Assembly: GCA_048013815.1 (NCBI GenBank)
Contig: CM106586.1
Coordinates: 8,680,001-8,744,000, forward strand
DNA from: Setoptus koraiensis
Taxonomy: Eukaryota; Animalia; Arthropoda
Direction of reading: 5' to 3'
DNA: 64,000 nucleotides
Of this stretch, positions 24,001 to 36,800 are shown in pieces. How positions within the stretch are numbered: the stretch's first letter is position 1; every line of letters starts with the position of its first letter. The notes beneath the pieces were generated by a model. The model ran no database searches, was not told the DNA's origin, and worked only from the letters and a program-made list of their open reading frames with translations. A program made the translations under genes and the position numbers.

Positions 24001-27000
24001 ATGTGATACAACAACAACTTTTACGTAACGTATATTACGGCGTGCGTCGCCATTGGATGCTATAGGTGCCAGTATAGCCGAGAGTGCCAAGATCACCGAG
24101 ATGGGCAACATTGACGAGATTGACAGGCCTCGGCAAGACAGCGACGAGACGACGAATAACAGAATCGATTCTTTGCGACGCAACGCAACGCAATGCGACG
24201 CAACAATCTTGTCGCCCAGAGGATCGCTGCAAGATTTGCTCGAGGAATCGCTCCTCGAAATAGCTGTTTGTTATTTATTGTTGTGCCCGAAATTGCTACC
24301 GCCACTGTTATTGACAATAGAAATAGTGGTAGTTATTTCATAAAGTAGTCTCACGCACACTATGACAAGCTGCGAGCCATCGAGAGACTCCATCTACTCA
24401 ATTGAATTTATATGTTTGTGAGCGGGCTCCTCCATTCTTATCTATTTTTAACGGCCGCACCAACGGCGACAAACCAACAAAGACAGCGCCCTTTATCCCG
24501 AGCACCACCACCGAGCAACACAACTGTATCTATCTTTTCACAAATAAAAAACTTTTAAATTGTCGCCAGAAAAGTTATCCACTAGTGAGCCAACTAATTG
24601 AATCCTCAGCCCTGGCGGCACCCCCCGCCAGTTGAGCAGTGGCTCGCGATTGAGCTATTTGTCTGAGCTGTCCCCCGCGCCGCGCCGCAGCCTGCGCTGT
24701 GTTTCTAGCTGTCGCTGGGCTCAAGGGCACTACTTTGGCACGGCTAGTGGGCCCAGTAGCCAAAGTAGTGCTAGTGAGGCCTAAATCGATGTTTAAAATG
24801 TTTTTCAACTGATGCTCTCGGCTAAAACCTCACAAGTCACATAATGCACGCGCGGGCACGCATTTACTGCCACCGTGGCTTACAACTAACAGCAGCGATA
24901 CGAGCTTATATCCACTGTTAGCTAGCTGCGACGATGGCCAACTGTAAATGATGTAATTTCAAGGGGCCGCGCCAACCCGGCCCGGGCGCCATTTACTAAT
25001 GCCCTCTCAGGGGCGACTTTCTTGGTCGCCCCTGACGGCTGGCTGGCTGGCTGGCTGGCCCGACTTAAACCATAATGACTACACTTGCACCAGCCACTCG
25101 TTTACATTTTATTTTTAGCTCATCTTCCGACGGGCAATTTGTCTTGGCGGGTCGCCAAGGGCTCACAGTGTCGTCAGTATTATAAATATGTAGTATAATT
25201 GTCCGAAGTGCGCTTTGTCGCTGGCGTGCCCACTTGGAAATATGCAATTTTGGTCCGCTTGCCATCGGACGAATATAAAAATTTTCGAATTTTCACCATT
25301 GACTCATTTCGGAAAAATTCCACGAGTTCGGGAAAAATTCGCAAGCTCGCAAAATTTTCCACAAGTTTCGAGAGGAAAAAAAATGTGGAAAAAAAGTTTT
25401 TCGGTTCCGGCGAAATATCTTTTCGCACTCTCTCAGGCTAAATCCCTTTCGGAAATCGATAATTAATAATAACAATCGATGATTAGCTTCGGCAGGCACG
25501 TTTCGGAACAATTGATCAGTGCCGAAAAGTGTTCGGGCGGCATTTGGGCGCGATTTCGGCGCGATTTCGGCGCCTCATCGGGCCCGAAATCGCGCCGAAA
25601 TCGCGCAATTGCGTCTAATACCGCGCAATTGCATCTAATATCGCGCCATGTCCGTTGTCCGACTCGTCCGACATTGAATGCGAAATTGTCGAGCGCCCAA
25701 CGCCCAATGTCAAGCGCCCTACACCCAATGTCAAGCGCCCAATATCCAATGTCAAGTGGCACGCGTCAAATGGCCAATATCGAGTGTCAATTGTGGGGCG
25801 CTTTATGAGCGCGGATAAACGACAAACTTTGGTGACAATGGTCGAGGAAGACACTGACATTCACCTTTGGCGCGAGGCCCAGTGAGTCAATAGTATTGAC
25901 TGTTGCAGCGATGACGTTCCTGTTGCGCGCTGCCAATACAAACAAACACAATGGCTGGTCGTTTGCAGAGTTCAAGTTCATTAACATTTTAATTGTATTT
26001 GGGGGGCCGGCAAGGTCACCGTGACTCGTTTGTGTGGCGAGCGCATTATGTCGAGCCAACGGACCTACTGATTTTGCTGACGAGCTCTGTGAGCGTCGGT
26101 AATGCGGGCCAGTTTCAATTGTTCACATGGCTGCTGCAATTGTTTGACTGTTGTTGTCGCGCTCAATTTGAGTTTTGGTCATTACACAACGACGGCACCG
26201 ACAACGACAATGACGACAACGACAACGACGACAACAGCGACAACTAAAACTCGCCAGCGACTACGTGTGCTGCATCGATGATTGCGCGTTGTATATGCCG
26301 TATATATATATAAGCATATACGTGCGCATTACGTAAGCAAGCAATCCATTTAACCAATCTACTGTGTATAGTTTTTGTCGTGCGCAACAACGATCCGATT
26401 TGGTGCAATACTGTTTGCGTTGAGCGGACACAAACAGTATCGTCGTTTTATCCACAGTTTTATCCCCTGATCTGGCATTGTAACAACGGCATGCACGTTC
26501 AGTTGTCATACGAGCGCGCGTGTGTGAATTCGCGTGGACTGGTCAAGCTGGGACAAGTTTGGCCTCGGACCAACCAATGCAAAGCGACGGGCAGCAAAAT
26601 GGTTGGGCGGACGCGGCCACGGTCAAGTAACAAGCGAGCGCGTAACGAGCTTGCGTTGCGACAAACCAAGCGAGCGGGCCGCCATATCGGGTTGCAAGCC
26701 CGATATTAGATAGTGGCCATAGATGGACGCGAGTTTAAATGCAAATACGTGCAAAGACACCGCGAGCTGGCAGTTGGCTGGCAGTTGGCGAGCCTGGCGG
26801 GCGAGCTGGCAGTTGGTGAGCTTGGCGAGCTTGGCGAGCGCATTGCGTCACTTGTCGCTTATATCACAGCGTGAGCGTTATGTGGTTGAGTGGAAGAGTT
26901 TGAGAGCGCCAGGCAGAGAGCGGGGAGAGGAGTGAGGCCCGTCTCGGCAAACAAACTAAGCCATAAATCACAATTGCGATCTATTGCGCGTCGTTCCATT

Positions 27001-30000
27001 GTCGTCATGGTCATGGTCATGGTCGTCGTCATGGTCGTCGTCGTCGCGGTCGTCGTGGGTGGCGGCGTCGCTTAACTTGACAACGTCAGTTGTTATGTAA
27101 TGCAGTTGTGCGGCGCAATTCGTCTCACTGTCTGCCTGTCACTTGGTGTTGGCAGCGTGTTGCATCATGTCGTGGGTCAGTTAGTTGCGTCTTAATAGCT
27201 GTTATTAGTGGCGAGCGGCATTGCGCAAGCGACTTGTCAAGACTCGCTTACTTCACTGTCTGTCCGTTTGTCTGTCCGTTCGTCTGTCCGTCTGATTGTT
27301 TGTTGTTGTCACACAAGTGGTAGTTGTATGATGCAAGTCGACAAGTATACACTTGTTCACTTGAAGGCCGGCAACAGCAACAACAGCGACAACAGCAACA
27401 GCGACAACAGCAACGGCAACAACAGCACCGGCAACAACAGCAACGGCAACAACAGCGACAGCGTGAAAGTGAAAGTGAATCAAGTGACAATGGAGTGTGC
27501 ATAAAGGCCCCATCATTTATCCACTTGGGGCCCCGCGCAGTCCAATAAATCTAATAAATTATCTTGTAAGTGCGAGTGTGCCAAATGACGGGCAAATGAT
27601 CAAATGATTAGTGTGTGTGTGCTCAGCAGGCGAGTATTTATGGCTTTTTCATCGTCAACAAAGGACAATATTTTCAAGTTCACGCCGGCAAGTGGTGCTC
27701 ACAACAAGTGAGTTGAATTGTTGAAAACTGTTTGCCACAGTGTTGTTATAAGACGCGCGCCGGTCACTACAACTTGAAGTGGGGGCGCTGTGGTGCGTTC
27801 TCGTGGTGGTGCGCTGCCGTGGAGCGAGGCATTGGCAAATATTTGACACTGTATGTACACACTATAGTGACAATTACGCAACAATCGCAAACAAGCGCTC
27901 GCCGAGAAACAATGCGCCGATGATCGGTGGCGCCCGTTGTTGTTGTTGTCGCAGATTGTCGCAGTGGCCAGGTGACTTGGGCACTGCACAATGTCGCGCC
28001 AAAATGGACCATATGTCACACCGGGCGACCAACACGAACAGACGCATACGTGAGAGTGTAGACTCGACAAGCCGGCGGATGCAAATTCATTTGGCGAGCT
28101 CGTTCGACAAGCTCGACAAGCGCGACACTCGGCAAGCGCAAATTGCTTGCGTACACCTCGCGTTACGCGATTGTAGTTGCACGATAATCTCTTTCTCTTG
28201 TTCTTGCGCAATTGTTGTTTGTTGTAATTTAATGACGCAATAATAAGCTTATTGGCTGCACCACTATCTCTGTCTATCTAGTTGTTTGTCGTGTGTTGTG
28301 CTGGACCCAGCGACAACAACGACAGCGGCAGCCACAACAACGACAACCGACAGCAACGACAACAACCGACAACAACGACAACCGACAACAACGACAACCG
28401 ACAACAACGCAGACAAACACTGAGCGAAAAACAACAAACATGGCGCGTCGATGAAATGTCGACTATTTTACATATTATCACTAGTTGTTGTTTGCGTTTA
28501 TTTTTGCGTTTATCAGCCGGCTCGCAAAAACAAACATCGACGAGGCTCGACGCGAACGCAAGAATGATTGCGCAAGCAAATGATGTCGCCAGCATGATCG
28601 CGAATATAATTTGAGCGCGGCGCCCGACTCCCCCGGCCCGGCCGCGCTTGCGTCTGTGCCGTGGACGCATCCGCAGCTCGCACAATACGTTTGGTGGCTG
28701 GCTGGCTGGCCGCCAAAATTGCCAGCGAAATGCCCAGGTAGCCGTTTCGGCCGAGCGGCAGTTCGCGCGGCTGCCGGTTCGCGCGGGCAGCGGTTCGCGC
28801 AGGTAGGCACTGCGCTGGCAAGCTCGCGGCCAGCCGGCGAGGCGCCCGAAAAACGGCGTGAGCTATGGACGTGTCAGGGATGATAATTTGCGCGCACCTG
28901 TCTATTATGGGCGCCGGGTGACATTGAAAGCGGCACTTGAGGTGACTCGCCGCCGGCCCGGTAATCCGCTGCGGCCGGCTCAATGTCGCTGCCGATTAAT
29001 GGATGATGACAATAAATCAAGATGATAAACGCCGCCCTCTCGGCGCTCGATTGTTTAAGCTTGTCCACTTAAACTGTTGGAGTGTTGCCGCGACGGGCGC
29101 CCGCGTTTAGCACAGTCTGCCCGAGTTTGGCCGCGTTTGGCCGCTTCGCTTGCTGGCGCGCCGGCCCAAACTGGGCGAGTATGTACGCGCACCAAGTGTC
29201 GGTGCGCGTCGGCGAGGGCCGCCGCCGTCGCCGCTCGTCGCGAACAATAGACGGCCCGACAATTGACACTTGCCACTGAGCGGTTGCGGTCCCGCCACTC
29301 GGCTCCTGTCAGACCGTGGCGTCGGACGGCCGCATTGCTGGGGCACCGGCGGCGCCACTGTCGGGGCTTAATGACTGTCAAAAACTCGTTGGCTGTCGCG
29401 CGCGGCGAGTGGCGCTGGCGAGTGTCGGCCGGGCGACACCGAGCGCCAACTGGCGACAATATGCGCCAAGAGAAACATATAAGCCCAAATCCCGCTGGCG
29501 GCCACCGCTGGAACCTGTCGGGTGCGAGGAAATTTCTGTCAGATGGGCGCCCGTTCGGGCCGGCCAGCGGACGATATATATGTTATAACATATAATGCGA
29601 CTGGTGCGATATGACTCATATTATGCGAGTCGGCGTGCTTTGTTTTTGTCGGGCCGCAGTGGCTCGCGGGCCGGCCGTGACCACGAGCGATTCTATCGTC
29701 GGGCCGACAGCGGGCCGGCACCCGATAGCTGAGGGCCATTGATTGGCGCCTTGCGGAGCGAATCCACGACCCTGAAACCACTGAAGCAGCACGAGCGAGC
29801 GACAAAAAATAAAAATAAAACGACATAAACGGCATTATTCACCCATCATTGCGCCTGCTCTCGGCGCCCTCACCTGTCGGCGGCTCTCGGCGCCCTCACC
29901 TGTCGGCGGCTCTCGGCGCACTCACCTGTCGGCGACTCGCGGCGCCATCTCACCCGGGGGCACCCTCCCTCGCACCTCCGACTAGAAAGATGCCGCTGGG

Positions 30001-31242
30001 AGCGTGGCCAGCGGTGCCTGCTCACCCGCGCCAAAAATGCGCCTCACCCGTGCCGAAAATGCGCCTCACCTGTGCGCCCCACCGAGCAATTTGGCCGGGC
30101 ACAGGTTCATGGGGGCGCCAGCTTGAGGCTTGCCCTCGGCCTGACAGGCAAATGCGAGCGCCGAGCAAAGCTGCGGGGCCCGGCGATTCGAGTTGTGAGG
30201 GGACAGGGGGCGCCGTTTCCTTGGCTGCTGGTCGCCCCCGTCGCAGACAAGACGCCGCCGGAGTCGCCCGTACACAGGCATGCATATACCACGGATAAAC
30301 GTACAGTGATGCACACGAAATGCACACGGTGATATTCGTGCCCGATATACTGTGATATAGGCCCCGGTGTCACAGATATCGGCTAGCGCGAGTTGCCAGC
30401 GCCAGACTGTACGCGATCGGACTGGATTTTGTCGGAACGCAACACATGACAATTGCAAGTGCCGACGGTGGGCCCCGCCGACGACCATTGCTATTGGGGC
30501 CACCGCAACAACTGGCTGGCTGGCTGGCCAACAACAACCCGCCGACAAACAATGAGCTTATCGGCACGGGGCCCACGCCGATGAACCGCCGAGACTGGCT
30601 GCATCAGCTGACTGCAGGCAGCGGGGTGCACCCATCCGCTAAGGCGGATAATCCAATCGGATAACTCTATTCAAGTGACCGCCGCCGCCAGCCGCCCGCC
30701 AGCCGCCCGCCAGCCAGTCGCCAGATAGTGGATGATAATATGGTGTATAATGGTGCGGGGGCATAGCGCGCCATTGTGCGCCTTATTTTGACATTTGCCT
30801 AGCGACCGCTCGGGCGACCTTTGCTGCGAGTCGCCCGAGCCAGCAAAGGTCGGTCGAGTGTGCGCCCCCCGATAGCCAGCCTGCCGAAATTAAATGAAGT
30901 GATAATAAGCGCCCCCTAATCTTGCGATCTCGGGCCCATCGGCCCGTCGGCGGCCGGCCCAGCGGCCGCACTGGCGGCCGCCACTACGCTATCGGGCGGC
31001 GGCGGCGGGCCGGCTGCAGTAGCGCGGGCTCAGACACGCCATTCGTACCAATATATTTGGCTAGATTGATCATTAGATTAGTGAGTGTGCTGATGCTTGT
31101 TTGCATTGATTAATCTAATCAGTTTTTGTTGCCGGCCGCTCGGCGTTGGCTCCGTCCGGCTCCGCCAATTGGCCCCACCAGCGGCCTGCCCAGCGGCCTC
31201 ACCAATGGCTTTACCAGCGGCTTTACCAATGGCTGGCCGGCC

Positions 31243-31273
<31 letters not shown>

Positions 31274-33663
31274 TGACTGACTGGCGAGCCATTGCCCGCG
31301 CCAGCCATAATCTACAGTTATAATAATTGGCCCATTATTATAACTGTAGATTAATCATCACACACAAAGATCGCGCGCCATACACGGCCCAGTTGTTGTC
31401 AATTGGGGCCCCATTCATTAGGGCCCATTCAGGGGCCCCATCCAGTGGCCCGTTCAGTCGGCCCGCTCAGTCGGGCCGTTCGGTGGGCCCGCTCAGCTGG
31501 CCAGAAGTGGCAAGAAGTGGGTGCCGGTCGCTTGTGGGCGCCAGTTGCACCCGATTAGTGTTCCCAGCGCCAGTGGGCACGACAGTCGACCGAGGCCAGC
31601 GAGTCGCGGGGGCGACGCTCAGCGAGTTGCGCACCGAGTCAACATATACATTTCACATGAAACATTTTATCATTTCATTACGCAACCGGCGGCTAATCAC
31701 GGCCGCAAGTCCAACCAAAACAACGGTCCGGCCCGCCGGTTATTGCGCAATTACTTTTTGGCCGGCGTTGTTGCCGCCGGGAGTGTCGTTTTTGTCTTTG
31801 TCGCTGTCGTTGTCGTTGTCGTTGTTGTCGTTGTTGCTGCTGCTGTTGTTGTTGTCATAATCGATATTAAAATTAAAACGGGGCCCAACTTGCCGGCGGT
31901 GCCAAAGCTTGCACAATGCAAGTTGCATTATGCAACTGTGTATAAGTTTCAGCGCGTGCACGCGCACGCTTGGCGCCCCGGCGAGCGCGTGCCAATCAAA
32001 TGCGGGCGCCAAATCACAGTTCGTGCTGTCGATGTTGTCGCGGCACAATGGGCCGCTTGTTACATGCCGCCGAGCACATTAGGTTATGTTGGCGTAATGG
32101 TTGTCGGATGTATAATGTCGCGCTGCGTGTGTGTGTGTGTGTAATGTCGCCCTATTATGTTGGTGCGATATGCGACGACAAACAACACGGCTAACAAGCG
32201 ATTTTGCAATAGCGTCGCGCCGCGCGACATTACGCCGCCGACAACAGCGAAACATAACGCCAACAACAACAGCAGCACGTGTTGTTGTACGTGCTGCTGT
32301 TGTTGTTGTTGGCGATGTTGTTGCATGATCGCCGGCCGGCCCAGTGCGCAAAAACAAGCTCAACTGTAACTCTAATTGAGATAATAAGCGACACAACTTG
32401 CGGGGTCAAGTTTCATTTAATTACGCGATGTGCACGCTTGTGCCCGCAGTGGCCATTGTTACCGCCGACACCAGCCACGCCGCTGGGGCTCCCGAGGCGC
32501 CTGCAATTGGGGCCGGCGTCTTGGGGCGTGTTTGCTAATCGTCTTAGCTCGGCCTAACTTATTAGCTTTATTGGCTGGCTGTGCGCGACGCCGCTCGCCA
32601 GGGGCATTCGGCCGGCCAGCGACGGGCCGACGGGCTGACGGTCCGGCCGGCCGGCCGGCCAAGTGCCGCCAAGTGAACCTAGCGGACAAATGTCAACCTA
32701 ATGGCCGGTGTTGGCCGGCTAATGTCACTCGAGTAGCGAGCGTCCGGTCGTTTATTAAATGTTGTTAGAGTTCGTCATTAGCTCGCCGCAATCTTTTATC
32801 TTTGTTTTATCTCTTTGTGACCGGGCCCCCCTCAATTGCCTGCTGTCGGTGCTGCGCGGCGCCCGTCGCCCGTCGCCGCGTCTCGCGCGTCTGTACCGAT
32901 ATCGATGGTGCGGGCCGCCACTTATTTGGATCAAATGTCCGCCAGACGGCGGCGCCAAAAGCCGCCGGCCCGCACTTACATTATGTTAGTTACATAACAC
33001 GTCCATCGAGTGTTGTTTGAATAAATTGCGTCGGGCAACACGACGCAGCAACGCTGATCAACACGCTGATCAGTAACGGGATCAGTGCCGGCGGAGATGA
33101 GAGTGACACTTTGAGCCAAACTGTCAATTGGACGAAATTATTCACTTTTGGCGCCCCTTTCGGGCGCTTCCGTTTGGCGGCTCGGTGTGTGCTTTTCGGT
33201 GTTCGATGGTTAGTGCTGTTATGTAATGGTAACAGCAGCAACAACTGCGGAACTGCCACAAAATGCAGCAGTGATACTATGATAGTATGCTTGTGTCACT
33301 TAAATGGCACGACTTGCGGGCCGAGTTGGCCGACGGGCGGGGGCCTGTCACACGGAATGTCGGCCAGCTCAAGCGCTCATGATCAGGCGCCATAATATGC
33401 TTCATTTGCTGTTTATAATTTTGTCAAGTCCAACGACAACAACGCCAACAACAACAGCAACGACAACGACAACAACAACAACGACTAATAGCGGCCGCCA
33501 TCGAGACCGTTTACCCCTAGGTACCCCACCGACTGGCGATAGTATCGACATCGGGACTGTGTGTCGAGTTTGGTCGGTGGATGATGAGCGTGACAACATG
33601 GAAATAAAGTTGTTGTTGTTGTCGTTACGCGTGGCGGCTGACACGTTGCTTGTCGGGGGCCCC

Positions 33664-33710
33664 GTTACATAACGGTTACATAACGGTTACATAACCGTTA
33701 CATAAGGTTG
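33664..33710. repeat. 11-bp tandem repeat (GTTACATAACG)x4
   Basis: Read directly from sequence. Confidence 0.88.
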
Positions 33711-36639
33711 CACACTGGTTACGCAGCGCGCCAAACGCGTGTAGCCAAATGCAACTTGCACTGCACTTGTCCGATTGTCGTTAGTCAGCACTTGATCTAG
33801 ATAATTTTGTGTATTTATCCATCCGACACACACACACACAAAATGCATCGATGCACCATAATGGTATAAGTTGGTAATAATATATTAGTGTAAGTGGCAT
33901 AAATAAATGTGCGCAGCTCGTGTGACAAGAGCAGTTGCTGTTTGGGTTGGCTTCGTTTGGCGTGTCACGCGGCAACGCCATTGACACTGACAACATTGGC
34001 ATCGAGATTTAAAATTTAGGCCACTAGGTAGCACTGTCACGGTGACCGTGACTGGTGCCGGCCATTGATCACTTTTGCCGTTACATCCGACTCGGCGGCG
34101 TAACTCTAGTTGATATGACACACAATCGTTTGTGACAGATGACACACACAAAGCTTTTAAGCCAGCCATGTTGGCATGCGGGCCCCATTAGCGCAACTGC
34201 GACAAGTGCGTTGGCCCCATTGCTGTCGCGAATGGGGTTCACGTGATTAATTCACTCGATTCAGTCATGCAAAGGCCGCGCTCACCTGTGACGCGCTCAT
34301 CATGTGTGCAACAAGCAAATACGGGTATCATCCACGCTGAACTGAATTATGTCTCTCTATTATGCTCATACCACAAGTGTATAACTTATACACTTGTGGT
34401 ATGAGCACATATCCGAACTTATTGTTTGTTTGTGGCGCTCGTTTTATGCTTGTTCATTTGTTTACCTGGCCGCCAGGACTCGTGTCATTGTTTGTCCAGT
34501 GTCAAGCGAGCGCACGCCGGCCAAGATGCTGGCCAGCGCATGCCCGCAACACGAGCCACGAGCAAGGCTCGTGCAAGTGACGCACATCCGGTCGTTGTTG
34601 TGGCGCCTAAATTGTGGCTTACAACAGGTTCACATAAACAAGTGCCATTAACTGGGCGAGTAATTGTCTCTTTGTTTCAATCGGGCCCACAGCTCACGTC
34701 GAGTGTGTGTGTGTGTGTCTCATTAGTTTAATTAATATCAAGTGTTTGCCTTTGGCTATTTTTGTACTCTATACCTCTGTACCTGGCCGCTGCGGCGCTG
34801 TTGGCCGTTGGCACATACAGGCCGCTGATACAATAATGCAATGTATAATAGCAATGTATAATAGCAGTGGCGTTGCGACAGTCCGCGGCGAACTCTGTTG
34901 CACGTGTTAGACGTAGTTTAGAGTGCTTACAGTGCAAAGAGGGTCGCTAAGCTCATGCAAATGATGCGGCTAGTTGGACCGCACAGCGGGCGGCCGGATT
35001 ATCTAACGGGCTGCTGGCGCGAGATTAGATTAATTGCATCATCATCATTGATCATCGTGTTTTGTCTAATTAGTGGCCTATATCACACAGTACAGCTAGC
35101 TCACAGCTTGTGCCAACTGTGCAACTGGCAACACGCAGTGCCAATGTTGTGAGCTGGCCGAGCTGGCCAAACAAACACAAATTGTGTTACACAATGCAGC
35201 CAACGGCGCAAAGCAAGTGACAGGTCGAGTGCCGAGTGTCGATAGTTGGCCAGATGAAAAAAATACAAAAATCAATACAAAACAACCAGCGAAAACAAAT
35301 GAGGGCCCCATTATGAGAGCCCCGTTGTGAGGGCCCCAAAAGAGGCAAGTGCTGCGCAAACACAAACAAGAATAGTATACATTTTCGGCTGGCATTGTGC
35401 GCCAAATAAACCAAATAAAAATAGCAGGAACACATGTTACTTGTTAGCGATGATCGCTATTGGTTTAGCGCCATGATTAATGATCCGCAGAGGGCCAACA
35501 CACACACACACACACATTTATTGACTTGTTAATTTATATTTACTCCCACGCCACAACATATTTGTAGTGATCGCTAATGTGACCTTTATCACACATTTGT
35601 TCACTGTTGGTCGCTGGCAGCGCCAATATAGCAAAGTGACAATTGTGAGCCGGCCAGCCAAACCAGCCATTTGCCAGCAGCCTTGGCCACCATTAGTCAT
35701 CTAGCTTTATCTTGACTGGACAAAGGCGCCTCCTCAGTTGTTGCCATGGGGACCCGGCGAGCCTGCTCGCCATCCCGGCCAAGCTGGCGAGATAAGACCA
35801 AGCGACTCAGATTTAACTGACACAGCAAAGCCAATGAATGAATTGGTGAATATCAGCCAAGCAGTCAGGTCAAGCCAGCCATTCACCGTCGCCGGCTAAT
35901 GGATTTTTTCTTGCTGTTTACCACTATTATCTATGTTTATTTGCTGCTCTTACTGTTGTTGTTGTTGCCGCTGTTGCTGCCGTTGCCGCTGTTGCTGCCG
36001 TTGCTGCCGTTGTTGCTGCCGTTGTTGTTGTGTTATCATCGCGCTGAATATATGTGACATCAGCGCGCACATAATGATGCGCCGTGGTCACGATTATCTA
36101 CTATCGGCTCTTTTTCGGCTCGGCTCGTCTCGTTTTCCTTTTCTCGCGCCAGCTCGACAACAATATAAACTCGTCAAGTCGCCAACGGTCGCCTATAGGC
36201 CGCACACCGGCCGACCGACCGGCCGGCCGGCTTAAGTTTCGATATGGGAACAAGTTACGATATGCCACGAAAAGAATAAGACGAATTTCTACGAGAGAGC
36301 AGGAATTCCTTTGCGCGTTGATCAATGATCATTAATGATCTTGCAAACGCACGGACAATGCGCCAACAAAACGCATCGTGTGTGTGATAGATGATGATGT
36401 TGCATGAATAAGCCACAATTTGCCTTGCCATGATCGCCGACAACTGCTGCCGCTGCAGCCCATAGTTATCGGTCTTATGGGCCGCCGATTACCAGAACAA
36501 ACTGCACACCCCGGCCAAACCGAGAAAACTTTCGCTTCAACAAGCGTCCGGCTACCGTGCTGTATCGCGTGCAGCGATAACTTTTTCGGGCCACGAAATG
36601 AATTTTTCGGTCAGATGGAAATTTTCCTGAGCAAAGATA

Positions 36640-36800
36640 TTCTCGAAGAGGAAAATTTCCAGAAAAGAAATTCCCGAAAAAGGAACTCCTCGAAAAGAAA
36701 TTCCCGAAAAGGAATATTCTCGAAAAAGAAATTCCCGAAAAAGAAATTCTCGAAAAAAAGACAGTTTTTGAAAAAAAAAATCCCGAAAAAAATTCCCGAT
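36640..36800. repeat. ~15-bp-period A-rich array of TTCnnGAA dyads
   Basis: TTCnnGAA at 36640, 36657, 36671, 36701, 36717, 36732 and 36747, separated by AAAAGAAA-type spacers. Confidence 0.85.

Noticed and set aside
22476-24343. Several 96-209-aa ORFs on both strands with protein-like stretches
   Set aside because: Mutually overlapping, partly repeat-derived, no domain recognised and no phase-consistent exon chain; BLASTx would be needed.
36671-36754. Array read as STAT sites
   Set aside because: Dyads have a 2-nt spacer (TTCnnGAA), not the 3-nt STAT spacing.
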